A program made the translations under genes and the position numbers. A stretch of 64,000 bases of DNA from NCBI GenBank assembly GCA_003331045.1, contig QENA01000037.1, positions 4,218 to 68,217 on the forward strand. The letters run 5' to 3'. Origin of the DNA: Candidatus Tokpelaia sp. JSC189. GTDB lineage: Bacteria > Pseudomonadota > Alphaproteobacteria > Rhizobiales > Rhizobiaceae. Shown here in pieces: positions 21,820 through 32,694 of this stretch. Under the pieces are notes generated by a model. That model did not search any database and was not told the DNA's origin. It saw only the letters and a list, made by a program, of their open reading frames with translations. The stretch's first letter is position 1, and the number at the start of each line of letters is the position of its first letter.

Positions 21820-24765
21820 TTAAAGTATGCCGATCATATGCTCGAAAGCGTTGCGGACACCTGATGCTGTTTCACGTATTAAATTTTTAACCCTTAGCAT
21901 GTCCGGTTCACCGACAACGCGCTGCAACAACGTGGATAAGCTGGGAGGCATATCATCCAAGTTGAATACCTTATTCAGGCAAAGCTGCATGATTTGGCTA
22001 ATATCCGTAAAAAGTACACAGGCATGATGCAGATCACTCCCATCCATTATTGTGGCAAAATTCTTTGGCAACTGCAGCAGAGTATCACTGGTTGTCCTGC
22101 CCGCTTCAAACCCGACTCTGCCTATCAACACGGCATATTGCGCGATAAATTCCAGATCAATAATACCGCCTGGTGCCATTTTTAGATCCCATAAGGTTCT
22201 GGCGGGTTTTTCTTTTTCGATAAGCCTGCGCATACCACATACCTCGGCAGCTACATGTACGGCATCGCGTGGCAAAGCAATAATCCGTGCCACCTCTCCT
22301 TCTAGCTGTTCTCGAAAAAGCCTATCTCCTGCGATAGCACGTGCCCGGGTCAACGCCATATGCTCCCAGAGCCATGCCTCGTTACGCTGGTATTTGCTAA
22401 AGGCTGAAAATGGAACTGCAAGCGGCCCCTTGTTACCCGATGGACGTAGACGTAGATCTACCTCATAGAACACGCCACCACCAATCGGTGCTGATAAGGC
22501 CGATAACAGCCGCTGTGTCAGCCACATATAATATTGCGATACATAAAGTGGTTTTTTACCATCAGACATTTCTGTCTGCGGATCGTGGTCATAAAGCAGA
22601 ATAAGATCAATATCAGATCCTGCAGTCAACTCCCGGCTGCCAAGCTTTCCCATGCCAAGAATACAAATTCTACCCCCCTTTACCCGCCCGTGCAAGCGGC
22701 TGAACTGTTCTTCAACAACATGAAGACAGGTTGCAATCATCAGATCTGCCAGATCGGTAAATGCCTGTCCTGCACGCTCACCATCAATAACACCGGTCAG
22801 CAGCCTGATACCAATCAAAAACCTCTGCTCATCAGCAAAAATACGTAAACAATCCAAGATCTCTTCATAGGTATTTACTTGGTCAAGAAAAGAGGCAAGC
22901 CGCTCTTCTAGATAGCTGTAGGTTGGAAATTCGGAAACAATTTCCGGGTTAAGCATGCCGTCAAACACATGCGGCTTGCGCGTAATGATTTCGGCAAGCC
23001 GAGGAGCAGCACTCATAATCATCATCAACATATCCAACAATACCAGATTGGAGTGCAATAGGTTGAAAAATTGAATATCGGTGGGCAGTTCCTGTAAAAA
23101 AGCATCAAATCGCACCAATGCCTCATCCGCACACCAAGTTGCCCCGAAAGCTTGCAATAAAGCAGGGGTAAGCTCTGTCAATCGCTCACGCGCTTCAGCC
23201 GACTGGGTTGCCCGATAATAGCCAAAGTGCCAGCCGCGGATAATACGGTAGATATCACCCAGTCGCCTAAAACCAAGCCGGGACAAAATTGCCAGCGTTT
23301 CAGGATCAGCATCCTCACTGGTAAAGATAAGATTACCATTATCAATGCCCGTACCGCACTTATATTCAAACAGGACATCATAATGGCTCTGCACCGTTTT
23401 AAGGATTTGTAAAACATCACGGGCAAAACTTTCTTCTGCCTGATATCCCATCAGGCAAGCAATACGCAAAAATCCTTCCCCATCCTTTGGCAAAATATGA
23501 GTCTGTTCATCTGCAACCATCTGAATACAATGCTCAACATTGCACAAAAAAGTATATGCCCCACAAAGAGAATCACATACATTGGTTGTTATCCAACCCA
23601 GTTTGCAAAGGGCAGAAAGTGTGTCCACCGTACGCCGTCCACGCAGCTGCGCAAAGCGTCCCCCGGCAATAAGTTGTTGTGTCTGAACAAATAACTCAAT
23701 TTCACGAATACCACCGCGCCAAAGCTTGATATTATGGCCGCGCACTGCAATGCAACCATATCCCTGATAAACGTGAATCTGCCTTTTAATAGAATGAATA
23801 TCAGCTATTGCTGCATAATCAAGATATTTACGCCAGATATAGGGAAAAAGCTCTCTGAGAAACCTTTCACCCGCCGCAATATCACCAGCAACTGGACGTG
23901 CCTTGATCATGGCCGCGCGTTCCCAGTTCTGGCCCCGCCCTTCATAATAGCGTAACGCTGCCCTAACAGACAAAGCCAACGGAGTTGAGCTAGGATCTGG
24001 CCTCAATCGCAGATCAACCCGGAAAACATAGCCATCCGATGTACGCTCCTGCATGATACGTACCAACCGGCGTGCCAATCTAGAAAAAATTTCCACACCT
24101 TCATAAGGCTCATCAATGGCCGCTGATGTTTCATCAACAAACAGGATAAGATCAATATCAGACGAATAATTGAGCTCATACGCACCAAACTTGCCCATGC
24201 CAAGAACAATGAGACCGCAATCCTTTTCAGGATGCGCATCATCCTGCAGAGCGATTTTTCCTGCCTTTCCCGCTTCGCGCAACAAAAAACGCAGAGCAGT
24301 TCCTAATGTTTTCTCCGCAAGTCTCGACAACCACACAGCACTTTCTGCCACCGTCAAAACATGGCTAAGCTCACCCAACGCAATAAGCCCATGCACTTCA
24401 CGCTTCAGGAGACGTAGCTTTTGCATCAGAAAATTTTCAGTCATATCAACCTGCAGATCAATTTGCGTGATTATCTGAAGCAGAATGCCTAGCCGATCTA
24501 CAAGCGCCATCATCCGTAGTGGATCAAGAAATTGCGGATTGTTGATAAAGGTTTCACGCAAGAAAGGGGAAAGTGCCATGACCGCACTGATGAACTGTAC
24601 TTGTACGCAACCGCTTCTCAAAAAAGCTGCAAGTTCATTAAGCCCTATATTTTCTGCCCGAATGTGAAGTTCACCAAGCCAAGCATCCTTCTGCCTATCA
24701 CAAGAAGTGAGATCAGACAAATCTGCTGCAAGAAAACTCCGCGGCACTGTGAAATTGCTGGCCAT
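21820..24765 (-). CDS. glnE: bifunctional glutamine synthetase adenylyltransferase / adenylyl-removing enzyme
   Basis: 981-aa ORF with two nucleotidyltransferase repeats (LGMGKFGAYELNYSSDIDLILF and LGMGKLGSRELTAGSDIDLILL). Confidence 0.95.
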   Translation of the reverse strand: MASNFTVPRSFLAADLSDLTSCDRQKDAWLGELHIRAENIGLNELAAFLRSGCVQVQFISAVMALSPFLRETFINNPQFLDPLRMMALVDRLGILLQIITQIDLQVDMTENFLMQKLRLLKREVHGLIALGELSHVLTVAESAVWLSRLAEKTLGTALRFLLREAGKAGKIALQDDAHPEKDCGLIVLGMGKFGAYELNYSSDIDLILFVDETSAAIDEPYEGVEIFSRLARRLVRIMQERTSDGYVFRVDLRLRPDPSSTPLALSVRAALRYYEGRGQNWERAAMIKARPVAGDIAAGERFLRELFPYIWRKYLDYAAIADIHSIKRQIHVYQGYGCIAVRGHNIKLWRGGIREIELFVQTQQLIAGGRFAQLRGRRTVDTLSALCKLGWITTNVCDSLCGAYTFLCNVEHCIQMVADEQTHILPKDGEGFLRIACLMGYQAEESFARDVLQILKTVQSHYDVLFEYKCGTGIDNGNLIFTSEDADPETLAILSRLGFRRLGDIYRIIRGWHFGYYRATQSAEARERLTELTPALLQAFGATWCADEALVRFDAFLQELPTDIQFFNLLHSNLVLLDMLMMIMSAAPRLAEIITRKPHVFDGMLNPEIVSEFPTYSYLEERLASFLDQVNTYEEILDCLRIFADEQRFLIGIRLLTGVIDGERAGQAFTDLADLMIATCLHVVEEQFSRLHGRVKGGRICILGMGKLGSRELTAGSDIDLILLYDHDPQTEMSDGKKPLYVSQYYMWLTQRLLSALSAPIGGGVFYEVDLRLRPSGNKGPLAVPFSAFSKYQRNEAWLWEHMALTRARAIAGDRLFREQLEGEVARIIALPRDAVHVAAEVCGMRRLIEKEKPARTLWDLKMAPGGIIDLEFIAQYAVLIGRVGFEAGRTTSDTLLQLPKNFATIMDGSDLHHACVLFTDISQIMQLCLNKVFNLDDMPPSLSTLLQRVVGEPDMLRVKNLIRETASGVRNAFEHMIGIL

Positions 24766-24799
24766 TTATCATTCTCCACTTTTTTAGCAGTGGCATCAC

Positions 24800-25273
24800 T
24801 TATCCGGCCGCTTTCAGCGTATATCCTGCGCCGCGCACCGTATGCAGCAGTGATGTATCAAAATCTTTTTCAATCTTAGAACGCAAACGAGAAATATGCA
24901 CATCAATCACATTGGTCTGGGGATCAAAATGATAATCCCAAACATTCATGGTACGGGTCACTACCTGCCCTGCAGGGCGCATCATATATTCCAATAGGCG
25001 GAATTCACACGGTTGCATCACGACATCCCTACCTAAATAGGACAGTCAATCAAGCTCCAGATCACAAACACGATAGATTGTTTCTGTCGCGCGCGAGCTT
25101 TTGTGCCGATAAAGAACCTCAATTCGCGGCAGAAGCTCTGAAAAGGCATAAGACTTTGTCAGATAATCACCTCCGCCAGCACGCAAGCCCGTCATCCGAT
25201 CATCCGTGCGACCCAGAGCAGAAAGAATAAGAATCAGCGGTTCAATATCTCCTGCCCACAGGCCTGCAATCAC
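24800..25273 (-). pseudogene. 5'-truncated, nonsense-interrupted OmpR-family response regulator
   Basis: Two same-frame ORFs are separated by an in-frame TGA (25046-25048). The first holds the distal receiver part (...PLILILSALGRTDDRMTGLRAGGGDYLTKSYAFSEL...). The second holds the winged-helix part (EFRLLEYMM...VDVHISRLRSKIE...TVRGAGYTL). Only 37 nt separate the relic from the degP stop, so the segment carrying the phospho-acceptor Asp is missing. Confidence 0.8.
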
Positions 25274-25310
25274 GGTGCGGCAACATCAACACAAAACAGT
25301 TCATTTCAGA

Positions 25311-26819
25311 TTATTTACCCTGAATCGATAAAGCAATAAAATGACTTTGCTCATTGGTTTCAACCTGCATCAGAACTGCTCTGCGCCCCTGCTTTACCGC
25401 CTCATTAATGGAAATGAGAATGTCTTTAGCCTCTATAACCTGCTTGTTATTGACTGCCCGGATAATATCGCCCGGGCGAATGCCTTTTTCAGCCGCATCA
25501 CTGTCAGGATCAACATTTATCACAACGACACCCTTGCCATCCTCAGCAGGGATAACAGTCAGGCCATAATCATCAAGAGAAACACTCCCTTCAGGCGAAA
25601 CACCTTTTCCACTCTGCTGAGCACCTTTCTTCTGATCAGGCATTGCGCCAATCTTGACCTTGATCTCTTCTTTTTTACCATTGCGCCAAACCCCCAGAGA
25701 TGCTGTAGCGTTGGGTTTAATGATAGCAATCCTGCGTGCAAGGTCACGCGCATCAAGAATATCTGTCCCGTTAACAGAAACAATAATATTACCGGCTTTA
25801 ATTCCGGCCTTGGCAGCGGGACCATTCATCGGATTAGCAATCATGGCTCCCTTTGCTTCCTTCAAGCCAACTGACTCAGCAATCTCCTTTGTTACGGGTT
25901 GAATCTGCACACCGAGCCAGCCCCGCTCGACTGCTCCCTTCTCAATTAGCTGGTGGATAACTTGGGCAGCCGTTGAAGAGGGAATGGCAAAAGCAATGCC
26001 GACACTACCGCCTGATGGTGAAAAAATTGCGGTATTGATACCAACCACCTGACCATTAAGATTGAAAGTTGGCCCACCCGAATTACCGCGATTGACGGCC
26101 GCATCAATCTGGATAAAATCATCATACACACCGGCACCGATATCACGCCCGCGAGCTGAAACAATGCCCGATGTCACTGTACCGCCAAGCCCAAACGGAT
26201 TACCAACGGCCACGACCCAATCGCCAACATGCGTTTGGTTATCATCCGCAAAATCAACATAAATGAACCTGCGTTTAGCATCAGTTTTCAAAACGGCAAG
26301 ATCTGTGCGCGGGTCTTTACCGATAAGCCTAGCCTCAAGCTCAGTGCCATCATCCAGCACAACAGCATAGGATGTACCATCAGAAACAACATGGTTATTT
26401 GTTACAATGTAACCATCTTCAGAGATAAAAAAGCCAGACCCCTGTGAAACCGGATGCATCCGTGCTTTTCCTCGGCGCTGATGATATTCATGACGCTGTT
26501 CAAAATCGCGGAAGAGCCGCTTGAGCGGATGGTCATCAGGCAGTTGATCAATACCCGAACCGCTAAAAAAACCACCCATTGGATCAATTGGCTCCCGGAT
26601 ATTGCTTCTTACCTGAACAGAGACCACGGCCGGCTTGACTTGACTCACCACCTCGGCAAAGCTGGGCACCTGCAGCCCTTTTACATAAACAGCCGCAGCC
26701 TGAGCGCCTGAGATAAAGTCAACGAAGTACAATAACATCATTGCCCCAACAAGTGCGGCTGCAAAGCTTATTGTAGCGAACATCCAACGATTAAAAAACT
26801 TACAATGCGATATTATCAT
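25311..26819 (-). CDS. degP: Do/DegP/HtrA-family periplasmic serine endoprotease
   Basis: Catalytic triad contexts are present: TNNHVV (His), DLAVLK (Asp) and GNSGGP (Ser). Two PDZ-like segments follow. The start is taken at ATG 26819; the longest ORF starts at TTG 26846. Confidence 0.9.
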   Translation of the reverse strand: MIISHCKFFNRWMFATISFAAALVGAMMLLYFVDFISGAQAAAVYVKGLQVPSFAEVVSQVKPAVVSVQVRSNIREPIDPMGGFFSGSGIDQLPDDHPLKRLFRDFEQRHEYHQRRGKARMHPVSQGSGFFISEDGYIVTNNHVVSDGTSYAVVLDDGTELEARLIGKDPRTDLAVLKTDAKRRFIYVDFADDNQTHVGDWVVAVGNPFGLGGTVTSGIVSARGRDIGAGVYDDFIQIDAAVNRGNSGGPTFNLNGQVVGINTAIFSPSGGSVGIAFAIPSSTAAQVIHQLIEKGAVERGWLGVQIQPVTKEIAESVGLKEAKGAMIANPMNGPAAKAGIKAGNIIVSVNGTDILDARDLARRIAIIKPNATASLGVWRNGKKEEIKVKIGAMPDQKKGAQQSGKGVSPEGSVSLDDYGLTVIPAEDGKGVVVINVDPDSDAAEKGIRPGDIIRAVNNKQVIEAKDILISINEAVKQGRRAVLMQVETNEQSHFIALSIQGK

Positions 26820-27047
26820 TAAAATCACTCCATACAGGATAAGCAACTTCCAGTCTGTCGACGCCTACAACTCGCATCAAGCAACTCAATCAACAGCGCC
26901 TTGCTGACGTAAATCAATTTTATAACAAACCTTACGATCTTGTTTCCATCACATAAAAAATCTTTAAATATTAGCATACTTTCACCAATCTAGCCGATTG
27001 TATGCTGTTTAGAGACCTGTCTGATCAGACTGCATAAACATTTCAAC

Positions 27048-27479
27048 CTATACCTTTTCTTTAAGTGTCAACGGTATCAGGTTTTTCCTTTTTATTATTA
27101 CAAATACAATATAGGCTACCTCCAACATCAAAATAAAAACAGGAGCAAGCCATAATATGATCTTGGCGCCTGAAAAGCGTGGTTTGAGAAGAATATATTC
27201 ACCGTAGCGGGCCACAATGAAATCCAGCACCTGCCTATCGCTATCGCCTGCCTGCAAACGTTCGCGGACAAGCAAACGCAGGTCACGCGCCAGAAAAGCA
27301 TTTGAATCATCTATTGTTTCATTGCGACAAACAAGACAGCGCAATTGAGCTGAGATAACCCGCGCACGCATTTCCAGTTTTTGATCCGGTAGCAACTCAT
27401 TAGGCAATACAGCACTAACTACAGCGATGAATCCGAGATAGACAACCCACAAAACAATAAAATGAAGAAAAATGCGCAT
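27048..27479 (-). CDS. ccmH: cytochrome c-type biogenesis protein CcmH/CycL
   Basis: 143-aa ORF with a signal/TM segment followed by LRCLVCRNETIDDSN (the LRCxxC motif of CcmH). Confidence 0.9.
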   Translation of the reverse strand: MRIFLHFIVLWVVYLGFIAVVSAVLPNELLPDQKLEMRARVISAQLRCLVCRNETIDDSNAFLARDLRLLVRERLQAGDSDRQVLDFIVARYGEYILLKPRFSGAKIILWLAPVFILMLEVAYIVFVIIKRKNLIPLTLKEKV

Positions 27480-27492
27480 TTTCCCTGTCCTA

Positions 27493-29460
27493 TTATGTAT
27501 TTTTGTGCCTTGACCGCGCCGGTATCCCTATACGTAAACGTCGACTTCCAAAGGAAAAAATACCGCCTACCATCATGAAAAAACCGCCAAGCCAGATACA
27601 CAGAACCCAAGGTTTCCACCAGATATGGACAATCGTCCTATTGTTATCAGTATAATCGCCCGGCGCAATATAATATTGCGATAAGCCACGCCAGAGTAGA
27701 CCTGTTTTTGTTGTCTGGATAGACTGTGACGGGAATATGCGTTTTGATGCCATCACACGGGCAATCCTGCATCTCCCCTTAAGCAAACTGAAATACAGGC
27801 GGTTTTCACGGTAGTTCGGCCCATTATAGGCTTCGTACCGATCAAAATAGATATCCTTTCCGGCAATCCGAACCGTATCACCGGGGGCAATATTAACTAT
27901 ACGCTCCTCCCCAAAAGTGGTAACAGCAAGAATACCGAACAATGTGATACTCAGCCCCATATGCGCAAAAGTCGCTCCCCAGAATGTACTTGGCAACTGC
28001 CTGAGCCTGTGCCAACGAATTATAAGCGATGTGCTGAAATTTCCTGTCCTGATGACAGCACCAATCAACGTACCGGCAATAACCCAGAATGCCAAACCAA
28101 AACCGGCAGAAGTCAATATTGCCTTTCCTTCCCGAAAATAAAGTACAAATGCCATGACCATAAGAGCAAATGCAAAAGCCAGCCAGAGCCTCTCCGCAGC
28201 AACGGTAATATTGCCTCTTTTCCAGGCAAACAAAGGACCAAAAGGCACTGCAGCCAGCAAAGGCATCATCAAGGAGCCGAATGTAAGATTGAAGAACGGT
28301 GCTCCCACAGAGATTTTCTCGCCCGTCAATGTTTCTAGCAGCAGCGGATAAAGGGTTCCAGTTAAAACAGTCGCAGCCGCTATCATCAAAAACAGGTTAT
28401 TAAAAACTAGCGCTCCTTCCCGTGATATAGGCTGAAATAGTCTGCTATTCCTGATCGAGGGTGCCCGGAAAGCAAACAGCAAAAGCGCAGCGCCGGTAAA
28501 GAAAGCTAAAATGCAGAGAATTACAATCCCGCGCTGGGGATCCCTGACAAAACTATGCATAGATATCAGAATACCTGAACGGACGAGGAATGTACCCAAC
28601 AGCGACAATGAAAATGTTATGATTGCTAGCAGCACCGTCCAGATTTTTAGAGCAGAGCGTCTTTCAAGCACAATGGCGGAATGAAGAAGCGCTGTACCGG
28701 CAAGCCACGGCATCAGCGCTGTATTCTCAACTGGGTCCCAGAACCAATAACCACCCCAACCAAGTTCATAATAGGCCCAATAAGAGCCCACTATAATGCC
28801 AGCGGTCAAAAACACCCAAGACAGCAGGGCCCATGGTCGTATCCAATGCCCGAAGGCAGAATCAACACGTTTGTCAAGCAATACTGCAATGGCGAAGGAA
28901 AAACATACTGAAAAACCGACATAACCAACATAAAGCAACGGCGGATGCAGTGCCAACCCTATATCCTGCAAAACGGGATTAAGACCTCTCCCCTGAAGTG
29001 CAGGTGGGACAATGCGCTGAAAAGGATTAGAGGTAAACAAAATAAAAGCCAGAAATGCACAAGCAATGAAACTCTGACAAACCAGTACAAAGGTGCTAAG
29101 ACTGACCGGAAGATTTTTGCCGAATATGGCTACAAGGGCGCTGAAGAGCGTCAAAATCAACACCCACAGCATCATAGACCCCTCATGATTGCCCCATACG
29201 CCGGTTATCTTGAAAAGCATTGGCTTTTCAGAATGAGAATTCTGCACAACATTTAAAACAGAAAAATCAGAGATCACATACGCATAGGTCAAGACAAAAA
29301 ACGATAAAGCAACCAAAATAAAAACAAGCACAGCAATAGGCCGGGCGCTTGCAACCGCCCCTCGATCACAGCAGAAAACACCAATCAGTGGCACTACCGC
29401 CTGATACAGGCTGAGCGCAAACGCCAAAATCAAAAGAAAATGTCCACTTTCAATGATCAT
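27493..29460 (-). CDS. ccmF: heme lyase subunit CcmF/CycK
   Basis: 655-aa polytopic ORF with the tryptophan-rich heme-handling motif WGGYWFWDPVEN. Confidence 0.95.
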   Translation of the reverse strand: MIIESGHFLLILAFALSLYQAVVPLIGVFCCDRGAVASARPIAVLVFILVALSFFVLTYAYVISDFSVLNVVQNSHSEKPMLFKITGVWGNHEGSMMLWVLILTLFSALVAIFGKNLPVSLSTFVLVCQSFIACAFLAFILFTSNPFQRIVPPALQGRGLNPVLQDIGLALHPPLLYVGYVGFSVCFSFAIAVLLDKRVDSAFGHWIRPWALLSWVFLTAGIIVGSYWAYYELGWGGYWFWDPVENTALMPWLAGTALLHSAIVLERRSALKIWTVLLAIITFSLSLLGTFLVRSGILISMHSFVRDPQRGIVILCILAFFTGAALLLFAFRAPSIRNSRLFQPISREGALVFNNLFLMIAAATVLTGTLYPLLLETLTGEKISVGAPFFNLTFGSLMMPLLAAVPFGPLFAWKRGNITVAAERLWLAFAFALMVMAFVLYFREGKAILTSAGFGLAFWVIAGTLIGAVIRTGNFSTSLIIRWHRLRQLPSTFWGATFAHMGLSITLFGILAVTTFGEERIVNIAPGDTVRIAGKDIYFDRYEAYNGPNYRENRLYFSLLKGRCRIARVMASKRIFPSQSIQTTKTGLLWRGLSQYYIAPGDYTDNNRTIVHIWWKPWVLCIWLGGFFMMVGGIFSFGSRRLRIGIPARSRHKNT

Positions 29461-29923
29461 GGTTCAGGTAATCCTCCCATAATCCCTGTACTTTCAGCCG
29501 GTCGACAAGATCCTTAGGCATATAATTTTCACCATGCTTGGCAAGCACGCGCCGAGCTACGAAAACGCCAGAAGTATCAAAGGAGCCTTCAACAATCACG
29601 CCTTGCTCTTCTCGGAAGAGATCGGGCAGAATGCCATTGAAACGTACCTCTTGGCTTCTATGCATATCTGTTACCCTGAAACGGATACCGGCTTCTGCAT
29701 CCCATTGCACCGTTCCTTTTTCAACATAACCACCAAGCCGTAAAATTGCATGGGATCTGCGATCTAGATCATTGATTTCTGAAGGGATTCGGAAAAAATT
29801 AATCGTATCACGCAAGGCAAAAAATACCAAGCTAACAACAAAGGGTAGAATGCAGACACCAAAGATAAATATGAAAAACCGCCTTTTCCGGCATTGTGCA
29901 AGATGTATTATGTCGCGTCTCAC
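29450..29923 (-). CDS. ccmE: heme chaperone CcmE/CycJ
   Basis: 157-aa ORF with one N-terminal TM segment, an OB-fold body, and a C-terminal LAKHGENYMP carrying the HxxxY heme-binding motif. It overlaps the ccmF start by 11 nt. Confidence 0.93.
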   Translation of the reverse strand: MRRDIIHLAQCRKRRFFIFIFGVCILPFVVSLVFFALRDTINFFRIPSEINDLDRRSHAILRLGGYVEKGTVQWDAEAGIRFRVTDMHRSQEVRFNGILPDLFREEQGVIVEGSFDTSGVFVARRVLAKHGENYMPKDLVDRLKVQGLWEDYLNHDH

Positions 29924-31104
29924 TCAACCGCCTTTTCCGTCAAGCCCTTTTCATGCGCAAAAGCAGAAAGCTTTCTGGCCTTGTCGGAAGAAAGCAGATC
30001 CAGCCCCTTTTTCAGACTTAATTCAGCCTCATCAGAACTGCCCATAACAAGCCAAGCATTAATCAGCATCATCCACCCTTGTAGATTGTCCGGTTTATTT
30101 TCCAGCCTAGCGACAAGCTTATCCAAATTATCAGCAATAAACTGCTGCTGTTGCAGCGTGATAATCACGTTTTCATCCTGATGCAAGATCTGCTGTTTCA
30201 ATTCTGTAACAACATCAGTAAGATTCTGACGCCAAGGAGCATTTTCCGGGGCTGTTTCCAGAAAATTCTCAAGCAATTTGATCGCTTTTGTATCTTTGCC
30301 ATTTTGTAGCAGCCCACGGGCCAAAAAAATCCATGCCTGGGGATTCTGCGGATCAAGTTCAGTAATCTTGAGAAAAAGATGCTCTGCTTGCTGACTGACA
30401 ACACCCTCCTCAAAACCGGTCAGTGCAATTGCATACCGTAAAAGACGATCTACACTTTCGCCATTCATTGCAATGGCATGGTTATAGGCATTCACAGCAT
30501 CCTGAAAACGGTCCATATCCAAGTAAAGATCTGCCAATTCATCTACAAGACGGCCATTCTGCGGGTTGCGATTAGCCATAACCTCTGCCCGCACAAGCTT
30601 TTCGGTAGCATCAAGCCCAACAGGCTCACGCTCCAAAAGCAGGAAAAAGGGATAAGATGGCACTTTCGGTGAACCGATCAACATGTATATTCCCCAAGAA
30701 AAAAACGGAATAAATAGAAGAGCTCCCTTCAAGAATAGCCGGAAAACAAAGCTGCGCCTGTTCCCGGCTATGTCTGCGTCCTTTTCCCTACATTCTATGG
30801 CAAATATCCCGCCAGAAAGTTCCAAACGGTTCTCTTCCGCACTTTCATCATTCAGCAGGACCTGTTTCTTCTCATCCTTGATTTCCAGCAGCTGACCCCG
30901 ATAATTGGAGAATTCTTCTGTCGCACAACCGTAACCCCTGCTTGCCCACATTAAAGTGAGGCCAATTATAACAACCGTGAAAAGCAGCAGACAACAATAG
31001 AGCATCATAGCACCATCAAATAGCCTATTTGTTCTTAAAATCTGTACCCATGTCAATGGAATCCAATAGGTCACCCCCGTATTACGGCAAGCATTGCTGA
31101 GCAT
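29920..31104 (-). CDS. ccmI: c-type cytochrome biogenesis protein CcmI/CycH (TPR protein)
   Basis: N-terminal TM segments are followed by a TPR-like C-terminal half. There is a 4-nt overlap with ccmE. The true start may be the internal Met pair at about 31008 (MMLYCCLLLF...). Confidence 0.85.
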   Translation of the reverse strand: MLSNACRNTGVTYWIPLTWVQILRTNRLFDGAMMLYCCLLLFTVVIIGLTLMWASRGYGCATEEFSNYRGQLLEIKDEKKQVLLNDESAEENRLELSGGIFAIECREKDADIAGNRRSFVFRLFLKGALLFIPFFSWGIYMLIGSPKVPSYPFFLLLEREPVGLDATEKLVRAEVMANRNPQNGRLVDELADLYLDMDRFQDAVNAYNHAIAMNGESVDRLLRYAIALTGFEEGVVSQQAEHLFLKITELDPQNPQAWIFLARGLLQNGKDTKAIKLLENFLETAPENAPWRQNLTDVVTELKQQILHQDENVIITLQQQQFIADNLDKLVARLENKPDNLQGWMMLINAWLVMGSSDEAELSLKKGLDLLSSDKARKLSAFAHEKGLTEKAVE

Positions 31105-31582
31105 GCTTGTAGAAATGTTATTGATAATAGAGTTTAATAGTCATACTGATGGCAGCTTTATGAGCTAACTCAGTAAACTGACCCACCTCTGTCACAATGC
31201 TATATGCCGTTCCCTATACGCGAACACCAAGCAATTTCCCCGCCTATCTTTAGAATATTTCAAAGAGCCTTAATATTCACAACATCTAGCACGTGCATGC
31301 ATTTATTTGATGAGTATGGCATTGAAAGAACAGCCAAATAATCTCTTCTCATAGCTGAAATAATAGCCTTTTTCCGATGCCGGCCTCATGACAGTGTTAG
31401 GAGGCAATATCTATAATATGATACTTGATTACCATATCATCACGTTGGTTTTATTGGAATTGCACACCGTTTTGCTTCACCTGACTATAACATATCCTGT
31501 CACAGCCTAGGCAAGCTTATGGTTGTTCTGAACGACCAAGATGCACATGGCGGTAGCTGCCTATATCCTAGGAATCAGTTGC

Positions 31583-31909
31583 CTATATAGCAATTTCAAC
31601 ACGGCAAGGCTTTTCGCCATTTCTACCTGGGAGAAGCACAACAATCACACACATGCCTTTCCCACATTGTGCATAACATGATGTAGCCTCAGTCAGCCTA
31701 CCTCCCTGTTCCGCTGCAAATACCTGCCCGATTGCAGTACAATCCTCAGACGCTTGGACAGGAAGAATACTAAAAAATATTTCCCCGAATGGAATATATA
31801 AATTTTCCTTTTGCAAACAACTATAGGTTTTTAACCAAATCAGCTCATTATAGATACAGGTCAATGACACATTACAGCCGTAATCAGTGGCTATTACCCT
31901 GAAAATCAA
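31583..31909 (-). CDS. hypothetical protein (weak call)
   Basis: 108-aa ORF in an otherwise empty 0.8-kb gap. I see no recognisable motif or obvious RBS. It could be a relic. Confidence 0.3.
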   Translation of the reverse strand: MIFRVIATDYGCNVSLTCIYNELIWLKTYSCLQKENLYIPFGEIFFSILPVQASEDCTAIGQVFAAEQGGRLTEATSCYAQCGKGMCVIVVLLPGRNGEKPCRVEIAI

Positions 31910-31932
31910 ATGTCAGCCGCATAAGCATAATT

Positions 31933-32694
31933 TCAACCTAATATGCCGATTTCATGCATTTTATCGGTCAGTGTATGATCGATCATACCATTGACAGGCA
32001 GCGCAAACATCTGCTGAAATTCACGGACTGCTCTTTTTGTTGCGCTATCAATGGCGCCATTGATAGTCACGTTGCTATTTCCAAATAAAAAACGTAAGGC
32101 AACTTGCACACGCATGATTATTTCCTTTGTGACAGACGCAGTTTCTTCTGCGACGATGGGTGATACTGATATATTTGTATTATTGCGAATCATATTACCG
32201 ATGTTATCTGTTTTTTCTGCAGAGATATTCAAGCCATTCATAAGCCCGTCCTGCAGTTTCTGCCACTCCCTGATGGCATTTTGGGTCTTCGGTCCGCTCA
32301 GCCCGTCAATATCACCGCTGTAAAACCCTAAATCAGTGAGCTTTTTCTGCATTATTTTTACCTCATTCTTGATAATGAGTACCCCTCTATCATCATCGAG
32401 TCTGCGAGAGTCATAATTTGCAGAGACAAAATTTTTTAAGAGCGCACTCCCCACAATATTATGGCGTAACTTGAAGAAAATACCTCGGTGCCCGGAAGAC
32501 TGGTTAAAAAACGCATTATGGGCTACAAAACCAAAGGTAAGTATAAAAAAACTTAAACCAGAGGCCAGCAGAGGATTTTTGCGGGCATTACGCAGCAGGA
32601 TGCCCAGCAACCAACGAAGAAGCCTGCCTGCCAGATAAAAAAATCTCATAATAATACAGAGCCGTTTTACGGTTTTCTTTCTCTTTCTTGCCAT
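31933..32694 (-). CDS. membrane-anchored peptidoglycan-binding domain protein
   Basis: 253-aa ORF with a basic N-terminus and a TM helix. It has two PG_binding_1-like repeats (LTDLGFYSGDIDGLSGPKTQNAIREWQ and INGAIDSATKRAVREFQQMFALPVNG). Confidence 0.8.
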   Translation of the reverse strand: MARKRKKTVKRLCIIMRFFYLAGRLLRWLLGILLRNARKNPLLASGLSFFILTFGFVAHNAFFNQSSGHRGIFFKLRHNIVGSALLKNFVSANYDSRRLDDDRGVLIIKNEVKIMQKKLTDLGFYSGDIDGLSGPKTQNAIREWQKLQDGLMNGLNISAEKTDNIGNMIRNNTNISVSPIVAEETASVTKEIIMRVQVALRFLFGNSNVTINGAIDSATKRAVREFQQMFALPVNGMIDHTLTDKMHEIGILG

